Positions 27,901 to 40,989 of a stretch of DNA of 64,000 bases are shown here, in pieces (position 1 is the first letter of the stretch; every line of letters begins with the position of its first letter). The translations under genes and the position numbers were made by a program. The notes under the pieces are model-generated. The model was not told the DNA's origin. It ran no database searches and worked only from the letters and a program-made list of their open reading frames with translations. Where the stretch lies: positions 1-64,000 of the forward strand of contig KZ538492.1 in the NCBI GenBank assembly GCA_000934665.2, read 5' to 3'. The stretch comes from Catajapyx aquilonaris (lineage: Eukaryota).

Positions 27901-30900
27901 CTTTTGGCCTCTTTTGCGGTTTTCTTTCCGTGGACTGCGCATCCGGAAAGGTGGACTTCCTTTGCTAATTTTGTGCCAGTGCAAATGACCCCAAAAATGC
28001 TTTTTGAGCATTGACCATTGTTAATGTGCGTGACACAGCATCCTGGACGCAGCTGCAATTATCGAGTCGATATTGCATTGTCATTGCCTCCTATATGATG
28101 GCGTCGGCTGGAAAGGGTTGCTGCTTCCACAGTGCAACACTTGCTGCCTCCATCCATCCATCAAATGTTCGTTAGGGTAATAGAACCCAGGACGCGCCGG
28201 GGTGATGGGTGGGCAACAATGACCCCCCGTCCCACTTGACACGCCCCGATGCAGCGGCATAAGGTGCAAATGGGTGACAATAGGATCCATCTTCCTTCAC
28301 CCCTTCCCTCTTCATTAACTCTTCCCCTTCTATCATACTTTTTCCGACGTAATTTTGGCCATGCTTCACCCTCACCTCATTCCAAACTTATTGCTTCTCC
28401 CCCTCATTCATTCACATATTAACTCCACTTTTTCATCCTCACGTGCTCCGCTCTTTTTTCGGACCATGCCTGGATGCACTTTTCATTTGCTCCTCTTTTT
28501 TTTGATATGCTCTTCACGGACACGCCGCAATATTTTAATGATTTTCATTGTACCGATATGTGTATAGGTCGATACCTGTTGTGCATGTTGTGAGTCGATA
28601 AGAAGGGATGTGGAGGATGCAAACAGCAATGGCGGCCATGCACTGGCGCCGGCGCATGCCTTTCATCCCGCGTACCATGATGCCGTTCAATATCTCTTTT
28701 CTCCTCCCCTCGCCCCTTCCTCCCATCCTTTCCTGACTACCAGTTTGCCTTCAGCTTTGGTAAAATCATCAAGTAACAGTGTTTATGAACCAACATCCCA
28801 GCGAGTGGCCATTTCTCACCCTCCGAAGCATCATTTGTCATGTGAGATCCTCAAATTGATGTTTTGAGTGGTCCAGTCAGTAAAGCAGGTGTTGACCACT
28901 TAGACCTTGCAACAAACAAGCGAAGGCCCGCCTGGGGCTTGATTGTTTTCCAAAAACTGTTATGGGCAGCACGGGAGCCTGCATGGGTGGCGGGTGCTGC
29001 TGCTGCCTTTTCGCTGCTCTTGACAGGCCCAAATCGGCCACTTCTCACGGTTAAGTGGCATCATCTATCCAACCTGGGTGTACACCTCAGGTATGCCTTG
29101 GTCCTTTGACGGCATCCCGCTGGCAACAGTCACTTGTTCCAGCCCGCCGCTTCTGATTCATTCGTCTCGGCCTTCAAGGGAAAAGGACGGACCGCGGAAA
29201 TGTATGCAGCTGCCCCCAGAGTGATGTCCCAACAATGAGGACCCCCAAAAATGCTGGCTTGTGACGCATATTGCTTGGAATTTCCGCTTGTTGGGCACGA
29301 GGCCTATCGTCCGTTGCCATTTTGCCAGTGGCCCGTGTCATCCCTCGCTGCCTGCTGCACCTTTTCGATGTTTCGTGCCGAGTATGGTATTGATGAAGTA
29401 AGCCCCCCATATTGCGGAGGTTAAGTAAGTGCTTTTAATCCTCTTTTGTGCAGATCTGAGCAGATTAATGAAGGAGGCACTTGGCATGGCTGCAGGGTCT
29501 ACTCTGGATGGATGGGGGAGGACATGAAGTGATGGGGGATGGGGGCTGCATGGGAAAGGGCCTGGGTTGGAATGGATTAGTGCAGGTGCAAGCTCAATTA
29601 GTTAGCAGGCCATCAGCAGCAGCAGGGGTGCACTTGGTGGGTGGGTGCCTGCAGGGAGCCATCATCATCCTGCACTTACGTATGCTCACCCTGATCATGG
29701 TCGTATACGATATGGCTAACTGCGCGATTGAAATAATCAGCTGAGAAGTTGATTTCACCAATATTAAATCCGATGGTGACTGGGAACCTAATTGCAAGCC
29801 TAATTGCTTAATGGAGAAACACCAGGTCACTTGTAGCAAAATGAAAATCAACTGATGAGTTGACAACTTCCTGCCAAGTGCTCCACACTTGTGAGTACAG
29901 ACCCAGCGACAGTAGTATTTGAAGTGCGCATTATAGGCATACATGTGCCGTGATGGTAAGCAGCTGGAAGTAATGTTTGCTTGCTGAGAGCCTGCAGTTT
30001 ATTTGACCTAGACAGATTGATGAGGTATATTCACGTATACCAACTGACGGTATATGGTGTGTCACCGTGTGTGTATTACCCCTGTACCTGGTTGCGAATC
30101 TTTGACCTATTCTGAAAGCAAAATATTCTATACTTAATTTTTGGAACTGTTTTTCTAGTGTGTCGCCGCGCCGCGCTGCGCCGGCCGGCATAAAATTCAC
30201 GACTAACGTGGAACTCCTATACAAAAGAAGTAGAGAAAATGATGCGAGACTGACCTTTCCTTGCTCCTTATCAAAGTCACAGTCCTTCAGGGTATCTGCG
30301 GTGCCATACCCATTGGCTGTAGGACTGAACACTAGTTGCAGGTTGGTGCCTGTAGCCACAAACGCCTGAAAATGTGAAGACGCGCTAATTAACATTATTT
30401 TGATTTCCAGGATCAGTAGATTTACCTGTTTTTTGTGTATGGAGTCTAATGACCAATGTTGTGCCTGGATGTTAAAAGACTATCATTTTTCTCCAATCTT
30501 GACATCAAAGGGTATACAATGATCCAGATTATGCAAATACTTCTCAACGTGCATGCGGGGTGGGGCATTGCTTGGAGTGATGCTTGAAGCCCAAACTGTC
30601 ACCAATATTTTGTGCAGCTGTGAGTATAATATAGAGCACCTGAAGGGCGCCTATTCTATCCAAAGACGCTCTATGTATGGCCCTACATAGTAAGCGTACC
30701 TGCTTTTATGATATTTTGTGATGTACTGTAAGTTTAACTGAATATTCGACGCAACTGCTCCATATATTATGAGCAGTTTGAGCTGTCGCATCATTCAACC
30801 AGCAGCATGTACAGTAAGTTACAAGTACGCACATTACAGTATATAATAGGCCTCATTCAGGGACAAGAGACAGTCCACGGCCATTATACAAGTTACATTC

Positions 30901-33900
30901 TTCCTGATTACATGTAAATTAACTGGAATGGCCAAGTAGTCTCCTTCTCCGATCACCAGCACTAACCTGTTGTGCTTACGTACTATATTGGCAATATTAT
31001 TACTGTGGACAATCGTATATCGTGTGTCACCAACTGCGAGATATTCAATATTTAGGCTACCACATGTAACACATGTGGCGCCGCAAGTATAGTTGCAATT
31101 ACGCAAAATATGTACAGTATGAAAGTACGAGTGTCTACAATAACATTTGGCCGATAGGTATACAGTTGACTCCGGATATAACAGCCTCGGCTATAACAGA
31201 TTCTCGGTTACATCATATATTCGAAAGACAGGTCCCAGCTTACTTCCATATAATTATGGCCTGTGTTACGTATATTAGGCTATGACAGACCTCGGTTATA
31301 TCAGACTCATTTCCGCGGCCCTTGAAGTCAGTTACATCCGGAGTCTACTGTATTTGGTGATCCACATCTCCTGAGTTACACTCTGTACTCTACAGTCCAT
31401 CATTGCAGCTTATACTGTACGGACTACATGAGCCAGTACTTCTCTGCTATAGAGTGCGTAGAAGTCTTACAAGTTATATAGGCACATGGTCATCTAAGCT
31501 GAAATGAATGACATAACTTACTACTGTGTGCGCATGATGCGACATAGTATTGCACAGCACCTATCTCGTACAGTTACTCACCAAAGTAATTAATTAAGAA
31601 AAGTTTCTTGCTTAATCTGGAGTTCGGAGATATGTGCAGAAAATTCAAGCGAAAATTTTAATGATAACGTCAATAATGAGAATACTGTAAGTGAAGTGGA
31701 GTTCAACTCCTCAATAAATTTCATTTATGATTATTACGATCTTTGTACAAGACACCAATATCGTAATTGAAAAACAAAATCTTCAATATCGCTCTCGGTT
31801 ATTGTGATATTGGCATTTCAAGGATTCATCCACATAACTATAAGTTATCACGGTAACACTAACAAACTCATCAGGGATTGAAAATAATATAACACGACAA
31901 ACATAATGTCGCAGATGTAATCAAGACCGGAAGTAAACGGAAGTAAATAAGTGACGCAATCAAACAACGACATCACACGGCAATGCTAAAAATTCGAGCA
32001 AATGTAATCACGACCAATGAATGCGTTAGCTCATTAAACACCTTCAACAATGACTATCTCCTGCACGGAATCATTCATATTTGCTTATAAAAAATCAGGT
32101 GTGAGTATATAAGTGAAAGAAAAAATACGTGTATATATATTTTCAGTATAATGTGCTGTCCAGCACAATAAAAATAGCCTTCAACATAACTGTGCGAGTA
32201 TCCTGTGACAATTAAAAATTCGTCCATGCTTGCCGGTCTTCGGCGTTTACAATACAATATCAAAAAATATACAGTACGTCTACGTGACGAGTTTACTATA
32301 TAATGCAACATGCAGGTGCCGTGAAAAATTGAGCAGGTCTGTGGAAAAAGAACATATCCCAATATGCCATTGCTTTTTAGCAGAGCAGGTTCGAAATTTT
32401 GTTGCAAAATTGTTGCCAATCTTATACGTTTTGCGCTAACATTTTCATCACAGATTTTATACCCAATATATGCGGGATCACCTTTCTTAAACTTTCACAA
32501 TTAGATAAATGTTTTAGGTGCCACGGAATCTAAGTGACGAATTCTCGGTAAGAAGCTCTCATTTCAGCCGAGATCTGCTCAATTCTCAAGTATTGTTGGA
32601 GTCACCCGCTGACAATTCATACTTACAATTTCGGTGTGGCCTTCTCTGCAGCCGTTCTGGAAACGCATTTGTCGTTCCTCCAGTGGACGGTCTCTGTACC
32701 CAGTGTAACGGACCTGGAAAAACCAAACCAAGAGATCCCGTCAGGAATGTTTCAATTTCTTACGTTACATATTATTTTTGATGCAGCAACTCTATATATA
32801 TTTCCCATAATTATTAAAATAATCGCTTGAAATAACAGCATCCAAAAGTGTAGGATTATTATAATTATCTGCCCCAAAATTTACGGCAACTTGGGAACAC
32901 CTTGTTGCGAGATGCGAAACTGCTCGACACATTTTTAGATTCGGTTTGTTTTCTTCTGGGTGTTTTGCGATTCTGGCTGCATGCTGGGTGTTGCTCGCAG
33001 ACTTGCTGGCTGCTGCCATCGATACTGAGCAGCAGGTTCGTCTGCTTATGCTCAACACATCGACGCTCTCGCTAAATATAGCCAGGCTCAAATTAATTAC
33101 TCATGACTTCCAGGGTTCACACTCGGACATTATTATTGCAAACTGTCACTGCGAATATCTCAGCTGTAATGACAACTCTAGGTTCATTAAATTTAGGACG
33201 TATAAGGCAAATAAAGCGGGTTCCAAGTGTGATTGAAATAACGATGAGTAATTTTATAGCATACTATACGTATAGTCATCATTCTAAATTAATTTATTCA
33301 CATTACACCAACTTTATTTGTTCACCGGAAGTCTCATGCATAATTATAGTTTTTAATGCGTGGTATACAATTTACTGCGAAATCAAGTTAATTCATAAAT
33401 GTAAGTCTCATTCCAATATATCGTAACTTTATATAAATAAATGAAGCATTGTGCAGAAAATGAGCCCGGAAAAATCGCAATAGGTTTTAATTTCTTAAAT
33501 GCGTAAAGACATTTATGATGCATGAATTTTGCGCTTATCGCGAAACTAAAAACGGCCTAATTCTTGCCATGACATTTAGCTGTAAGCATGCTGTGATCCA
33601 TCATAATATTAAACCTCTCGCAATTTTACATAGAGCCTAAATTCTCTTTATTCACAATCACGTAAATGATACAATAGTGAACAGCTAGAATGTTGACAAA
33701 AGCTTATTATTGATTCGACTTAGCAATGTCCATAGCCTGTTACATGGCGCGTGCTGCGTAATATGACATAAGATGTGATATTCCAGCTGTATTATCCCAA
33801 TATTTTACCCGAGACCTTGGCATTTTACGGCTATGTTAATTTTTTGACTGTTTATTAGTGTTTCAGTCCAGAATAATATGTAGGGTACATAATTATAACA

Positions 33901-36337
33901 CAACAGCAGACACATGTAGGCCTTGTAGCATATACAGCTTATTTGGAAGTCGACGAATCCGTTCTATTCTGTGATTTTGGGCGTCAAATGACACGCTTCC
34001 TTCCGTGCAATATTTAATTTGCACACGTTGTCACTTGAGCAACTATTGTCACTCCGTTATTCCTGCGAACCGCGAAACCTGAAAAATCATTCTGAGGTGA
34101 CTCTACGAAATTAATCTGTGCGGCGATAATTCTAAAGTTTATATTTTAAGTACGTAATGTTTAGAGGCAGTACTTTATCAGATTTAGCCTAAAGTAGAAT
34201 GGTAAAACTTTCAACAGATGATTTAAGCTTGCAAGCTTAAAACTTATCAAGAAACTTCCACGGTATCTGAAAGCATCAGTCTCATTAGATATCTATGATT
34301 AGGCCAATTACCTGCGTGATTTACAACCTAATTGAGAGACTTGCAAAAATTACCCTACAATTTGCAGTGGACATGCAAATGTATTGAGATTACATAATTT
34401 TTAATGGATAGTTTCTGGAGCATTATCGGTTCTAAGGTCCATGTGGCGCATGAGTTACAGATAAACAAGCAATTCAGATTTTGGTTTCATACCATTCTGA
34501 CACGAAAATGTACGAAACAAAGTTTGAGGGATTTGTTGACGTACCCGGTTTAAAAATATTACAATTTGTGATAAGGACTGCATAACGAATATCGCTTTCC
34601 CAGATAGGGGTTTTCCCGCCGTCAACCACGCGATAATTCAGGGATTTTGATTATAATAACGTTTGACGACAGTGATTCTCAACTGAATTACCATTGCCCC
34701 TTTTTAGTATCGCGAAAATATGCGTTTTGAAAATGTAAAATATTTCATGTTCAAAAAGTTCGCAAAAACCTGAACAGAATCTTTGTACATTTGACTCCGG
34801 ATATAACAGCCTCGGTTATAACGGACTTTCGACGGTTACAACAGTCTCGAAAGGCTGGCACCAGCAAACCTCCATAAGGCCATCTCCATGTGTAGCCTAT
34901 GTTTTTACTCCTGATATAGCATATTCATTTTCACCTCACCTCGGCTATAACATACCCTTTTTTGTCCCCCTCGGCAGGAAAATAGGCTGTTATCGATTAC
35001 TCGGATTCCTTTCCCATGCGCAGGAAGGCAGAGGAATGTAGGGGGCTGATTTTCGCATAATCTGTCACTGATAATAGTAACTCAAAATCACACTTTTCCT
35101 GGAGGAGACGGCAGAAGAAAATTAAGGATTTTTTTTTTTCATTTCTAATTTACGGGTGAGCTAATTTTGCATTTTTGTAGCTAGTCTCATTAATGCGAGT
35201 AAATGCAGTTAGTGTTCATTATGTACATAAAATCAGAAAACTTGGTGTATTCGTTGCAAAACTGACGATTTGGCTATATATATAACAGACCTCGATTATA
35301 ACAGACTTTTTCCGCGGTCCCTTGAAGTCTGTTATATCCGCAGTCAACTGTGTAGTAACTTTTATGTGGGATGCGGTTTAAGAATTCTGTAGTTGCAAAA
35401 TTGGCGCTAAATTAAATTGACATGTCCAATTGCAAAACACCATTTGACGTGAATGACTTACTGTACACACACACACAGTACCATAACCCTTTCCTTCGCA
35501 ACAGTTCATGCAGTAACGTAGCACGCAACTCCCGGTTTACGCAATAAAAAATAAGGGGAAAAAACGCGTGTAGGAGCAACCAGATGATCAAGATTGCGTG
35601 ATCTACGCAATCCGCATCCATGACGCGTCCTCCCAGCATCTGGCTAGTTTTTTTTTTTTTTTGCTCTCTGAATTCATAGCCACCTTTCTTGGAAATAAGT
35701 CCATGATGCTAAGGGGGCGGGTCTGACGGACAGCCGCCGGGAAAGACAAGATTGAAGGCTGAGGACCATTACTCATCCAAACCCAGTCGTTTCTAGGAAA
35801 CCGCTATGCTAGATAATAGCCGTCTGGCTGAGCTTCAGGCTATGCCAGCTTGCATAATAATATTCAATTGTCGTTCGCTTTTGTTCAATAGCCACGATTG
35901 TTTCGGGCGTTATTATCATGGTGGAAGTCGCAAACAGGAAGTTTGTGGCCGTAAGCAGCCGCAACTTCCTGCGTGATATCAAACGCCCTGGATGAGCCTG
36001 CACGCACTTTTTATATAAGTATCGAATAGCATGCCAGCGATTTTTGGGATGTCGACCAAAAATCGCTGGCATTTTTTTAGGTGCGATATTATGTAAATAC
36101 CTCGCTCTCCCTGCTGAGCCTGCGAAAGAGTTCGTCCGACTCGAACTTTGACTTTTGGTCCGGGACCACCCTGGGCATCTTGAAGATGAACCTTGGCTTG
36201 GGCTGCTCGTACAACCCGATGGAGTCAAAGGGCAGCATGTTGGGTAGCCCCGGGGCGTCTCCTGGGCCGAAGACCAGCGCTCCCGCCCCCGGGCCGGACG
36301 CCCCCCCGCGCCACGAGGCGGGCGCCGCTGTGCTCAT
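20879..36337 (-). CDS. Bgb: Core-binding factor beta (Big brother/Brother family), Runx partner; coding exons 1-5
   Basis: Exons (minus) 36337-36101 (alternative ATG at 36238), 32713-32627, 30365-30255, 21202-21086, 21004-20879, all GT-AG and phase 0. Joined core: [88 protein letters not shown]...[75 protein letters not shown]..., an unmistakable CBF-beta domain. Confidence 0.97.
21912..21992. repeat. (TA)n microsatellite, ~40 units
   Basis: Uninterrupted TA run in Bgb intron 3. Confidence 0.98.
31163..31350. mobile_element. pogo/Tigger-type MITE, short copy
   Basis: TA|CAGTTGACTCCGGATATAAC ... GTTACATCCGGAGTCTACTG|TA; ~20-bp TIRs, TA duplication; same family as 34788-35350. Confidence 0.85.
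34788..35350. mobile_element. pogo/Tigger-type MITE, long copy
   Basis: TA|CATTTGACTCCGGATATAACAGCCTCGG ... TTTCCGCGGTCCCTTGAAGTCTGTTATATCCGCAGTCAACTG; both ends are shared with 31163-31350. Confidence 0.8.
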
Positions 36338-36479
36338 CCTCAGCTGGCAGTCCAACACGGACTGTACGGGCGTCCCGACCACCCAGAAGGGTACTCCTTG
36401 GTACTCCTGCGACGGACCGACACTCTGTACCGGCTCCTGCGGCAGGTGCGCTCTGATGGCCGCCACACGTGACACTAGT

Positions 36480-36830
36480 GGACGTCCTCACGGCAGCGAA
36501 CTGGTACCACACTTGCCGTACAGCAACACCTGCTGCGTAGTCTACACTCTCCAAGGAAAGACTGTAGTTGTAGTCACAGGCTCCTTCTTCCAAGAAGCTC
36601 CTCCCAGCAGACGGGGGAAAAGGCGCCGCTCTGACGTGTCAACCTGGCTGGAGCCAATCGGTGCAGAGCGTGGGCGTGGATCCGCCCACTTGTGATCGGA
36701 GGCCACGCCCACTCCGAATGAGTCATCCAGACTCTGATGTGTGTGGTTGGGCAGGGGGAGGTGACTCTCCCAATAGGGGAGCTCCGCCCCTTTTCTCTTC
36801 CCGCCCATCTGCACGCACACACACTCACAC
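36480..36830 (-). promoter_or_regulatory. Probable Bgb 5' leader/promoter region (GC-rich)
   Basis: Immediately upstream of exon 1. Motif matches only: CCAAT near 36654 and 36770, CCGCCC near 36682 and 36784, TGACGT near 36632, TGAGTCA near 36719, Runx-type TGTGGTT 36742-36748 and ACCACA 36506-36511. Confidence 0.45.
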
Positions 36831-38942
36831 ACATCGCTCCGGATTGTCACACACTCCAGGCCCATCTTGCATATCTTGCAGTTTGGCAATTGGGCACGAA
36901 CTTCATGTTATCCTGGGATCTCTGCAGCCTGGTCGGCACCGGTGCATTAAAGGGTGCTATCAAAGTCACGCGGGTGATATTATCAGCATGGGGGCGGGGG
37001 CATACTCAATCACTCTGCGACATGTTTATTCAGATCTTGTCGGGTATCCTTTTAGAAAAGAACATGTGCATACAGTTCAGTATGGAGTGACTGTGGGTCT
37101 TGCAGGATTTAATGTATAATAATTATGTTGTTTTCGGGGGAGGTTTCCCATATTTTCACAGTGTAAGTAAGGAGCAAAACGGAAAAATTGGCTACCAAAA
37201 CAATGCATTTAACAGTTTGGTGATGGTACGAATCGAATACCCCTATATACATACATGTTGCCTGCAAATGAGCTACAAAATGTTCTAATCATAATAATTG
37301 AAGGCTGCCCTTATCAAACTTATCAAACTACTGTAACTTGGACATTACAGTATTGCGTTGAATGTGAAACACTTATACTGGTCATTTTTAATGTTGATTA
37401 TGAACAGGTCGCTTTGCAAATTTGCCGGTATAAGGTATATTTTTATTCAAAAGTGGGGCCTAAAAGTCTTAAACGCACGTAAGAATTCACAGCCGCAGTT
37501 TGTGTGTGTGTGTTTTTTTTGATCAATACATGAAATCGACTGAATTTCACTGTAGAAATATTGAACAAATCATGGCATAGTTTTAAAGTGGACAAAATCA
37601 GTATAAAAATTACAACCTCTTTAGAGAGAGAAATGGTTGAAAACGTAAAAAAAAACACGCTATCCCGGGTATGGTATATAGCTATAGGTAGGATATCTGA
37701 AAGTGTAGGCTAGTGCATGGAATTTATTTCGACAGGAAATTGCCGTTCCGGTGAATAACCAGTTCATTACATACGATTAACGAGTAATATGCGGAGCCTT
37801 GGGTATACTGTATGTCTGTTTAAAAGAATGGTTAATAAGCAAATGAGGGGATAAGTTACAGTATGTTGTGTGAGCTCAAATTTGGTTAAAAAAGTGTCCC
37901 ATTACTTATCTGTCAAAAATTGCCAGACGACGTATCCTGGAGCCATACAAACATAAGCACTCTAACCCTCCTGAGATACGAGTATATATTTTACCTTTGG
38001 AAAGTGCTGGTGGTTGTCTCCCTTCAGGATGTGGCTGGTCGACGTAATTGAATGTGTTTTTTCCAGCGAGTCAGTATATAGGCCGGCGACATGAATCGGT
38101 CGATCAATCAGTGGGCAATTTCCCCCAATTTTTAGAACGTAAATTAAGGAGAAAATCTCCGATTATGTCAGTAGGCTATTGTGAATAGCTTCACATACCG
38201 TAATTCTCTTTCATACACCAGGGTGCATGAACGCATATTATTGAAAACCTGCTCCGAATACACGGTAAACAGTAAAAAAAAATTAAACAAAAAGCATTAC
38301 AAGAGAATTAAAGTAATTATGTGATGCCCCATGGCCATGGGGGACTCAGTATATAGTGATGCTCTTTTAATGGTTTGCGGTTTACAGGGTGGGTAGGCCT
38401 ACTCGAATGACAAAATATGACATGATCGGAAATTTTATCAATTTGAGTCAATGATAACCGCGGCCGTTGGTATAGCAATTACACAGGGGAATGGAGTGTA
38501 TAGAGTCGATACTCCTGGGAATAATTCTAATTCCATGCAGTCCAGACTCAGCACAAGATTTGGGCCATTGGGCGTCTCCCTTTACCTTTTTGCATGCCGC
38601 CAACTTTGTTTACAACCCCAGGACTGCATAACCCATAAGTTATTATCCATCTCTCATCCCCCCCCNNNNNNNNNNNNNNNNNNNNNNNNNNNNNNNNNNN
38701 NNNNNNNCCCCCCCCCCCCTTTGATCATCTACTTGGGCAGAAAATCATCATATGTATTAATTTTGCTCGCCATACTATAGTATATAGCCTACAGAATATA
38801 TACAGTCCAGTCGAGCAAGTTTCGTCCACATAACGTAGGCCTACATTGTACGATGGCAAAGGTTTAGGAGAGAGTCAGTGACAGCCGGGGTAGTAGGATC
38901 ACTTATTCAGATATTTGCTGTACTTTGTGTATGTAACTGATC

Positions 38943-39279
38943 GCCGGCGCTGGTGGTTATAGCGCGCTCGCCTCTATAGACCCAAAGTAGCCGGCGAGGT
39001 TGTCGGTTCGAACCCGGCCGAGGTCTGTGACTTTTCTCCGGGTGGTAGAAAAGTGAGAGTGCGCCTTCCTTCGGAGGGGAAGTAAAGTCGTCGCGACGGC
39101 TTTACTTCCCGTGTGTCCCGCGTGCTTGTGACATTGCGCGAGTGCACGTTAAAGATCCCCAGAATGGCCAAATTTCCAGGAGGAGGACCACCCCCTGGCG
39201 TCAGTGTTAAGCCTTAGCAGCAGAAACAGGCCGACGTTAAGCCCCACTGATAAGCTTGATCGCGATTGATTGATTGATT
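38943..39279 (+). mobile_element. tRNA-derived SINE with a Deu/Nin-like central domain
   Basis: A-box-like TGGTGGTTATAGCG (38951), B-box GGTTCGAACC (39005-39014), central CCTTCGGAGGGGAAGTAAAG and GCACGTTAAAGATCCC motifs resembling the Deu/Nin SINE domain as recalled, and a (GATT)n tail. No complete tRNA cloverleaf. Confidence 0.7.
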
Positions 39280-40236
39280 GTTTTTGAACATCCCGGTCGT
39301 CCCAGGCGGGATGTGGCAGCCAGAGACCACTCCCGCCATCTGCGTTCCTCTTCACCAACCACACCAGATTTGCACTGCGTCTGGACCACCCCCACGCCAT
39401 CTCTCGGCCACACCCCGACCCTGCAGGTTGACCTACCCGCCACTCATTTGAATTAATGCGACGTAGGATTCATTTATACTAAGCTATAAACTTTGGCTCG
39501 GACCTCTCAATAATGCAACAATTATAGGTGCCCCCATTTTCACGTGCAGCAGCGGAGTGCAGCCAGCACGCTCTGCTAGCCTCAGTTGTATTTCAGTCAG
39601 ACAGAGGAGCCCCATCTGGCAACCTCGGTGAGTGTCCGTTACGCTGTGTGCAACTTGTGCAGTTGTGCAGGCAGCATGCAGCTGGCCGTCAATGGTGCAC
39701 TGCCGTACCGGTACACACGTGTGCACGGATCCTCCGGCTAATCTTCTGGACTCCAGTTACAATGCGGCTGCACAGTGGAACAGCTCAAATTGAGGTACAG
39801 CCAGGTATGTACAGATACAGAACTTTGAGTCAGGGGCATTTTTGGCAGGTCTGGCTAGTCTGTAACTCAATCAGTGAGGTACGTACCAGATTACGGCAGA
39901 GACGCAGGGTGACACGTGCCTGTACACTGGGGTCAGAATGTGTGTGAAGAACTGGAGCGAGTAATCCACAATGTTGTTGGCATCACACTGTCACCTTCAG
40001 CTGCAGTGCATTGGTACATCATGACCTCATATTGTGTAATGTTGTAGGAGTTCTAACCTGTATTTTTGATACATTTCATTAATGTCAGCTACAGGAATGA
40101 GAATTGTTAGCATTTACATCACTTGCAGACAGATTTTCTGTTCTGTCATTGCTGTTGCAAGTACGCAACACTCCCTCCACAGCTCAGTAATCTATGTTGG
40201 CATGACTTCTTCCCCTGGCAGTAGTTGATGTGAGTA

Positions 40237-40989
40237 CCGTATTACCTCACTTAGAGCGGCATGTCGGTATAACCCGGGGTGGCCAGCCTGCCGCAGTAAC
40301 GGAAGTAGATTTCCATAATTTTGATCTTTGTTAATTTTTTTAGAAATGCATCTGGTACTGTACTAAAATAACGCAACGGTGACAAATGTGTGAGTACAGA
40401 GGGGTGAGAAGATGCAAGTTCTGTTGCACAGGGCATAGAGTGTGACCAATCCCATATTCAGCCTGCTCTGAAAGGGGAACCCCCCTAAACATTACAAAGG
40501 ATCAAAGTAAATTCCTTCAGTCCTTCGTTTTGCTCAATAGTTCGCTGGACACAGATCTCGTTGGAAATCAGAAGATCACTTTGTGTAGTGGTATCAATTT
40601 GTCTGAACAAGCCTGGTTGCTCAATTAATAAAATCCAAACCCAATTCATGAAGTACTGGTATCCTGGTAGGTATGGTATGCTTCCCTTCTTGCAGCCTTG
40701 CACTTTTAATTGAAAATGTTGCTGTGTAATTTAAACTTAACGAACGATTTTATGGGATGTGTCAGGCAATAGAAGTGTCCTAGACTGTATCTGCACCTTA
40801 GAACATGGTGTAATGCATTAATTTGAGTAGTAATAATTTTCAGGGAGATCGTGATAATACAATAAACCTCGCCTTATACCAGCATACCTCGCTTAGACCA
40901 GCATGCTGGTATAGCCACCAGATCGTGCATTTCTATAAACTGGTCGACCTCAACTACACCAGCATGCCGCTTTATGTGAGGTAATATGG
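40237..40989. mobile_element. Non-autonomous TIR element (~750 bp, pogo-like CCGTA end)
   Basis: Left TA|CCGTATTACCTCACTTAGAGCGGCATG versus reverse complement of right end CCATATTACCTCACATAAAGCGGCATG (24/27 identical). Subterminal CCTCGC(C)TTA.ACCAGCAT repeats near 40866-40903. Confidence 0.75.

Noticed and set aside
27328..28014. 228-aa plus-strand ORF in Bgb intron 3
   Set aside because: Non-ATG start, no recognisable motif and no supporting splice structure.
36081..36695. 204-aa plus-strand ORF, and similar antisense ORFs over C10 (43995-44501) and VKR
   Set aside because: Shadows of GC-rich coding exons on the opposite strand; no recognisable domains.
26822..38707. N runs at 26822-26832 and 38666-38707 (and poly-G with an N at ~1212-1256)
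   Set aside because: Unresolved bases inside C/G homopolymers; technical rather than biological.
38943..39020. tRNA gene candidate (A and B boxes)
   Set aside because: No acceptor stem or cloverleaf; it continues into a SINE body and tail.
39597..39878. Cluster of plus-strand splice-like signals (GTGAGT, GTATGT, GTACGT donors) suggesting a divergent lncRNA
   Set aside because: No coherent ORF or independent evidence; such motifs occur by chance.
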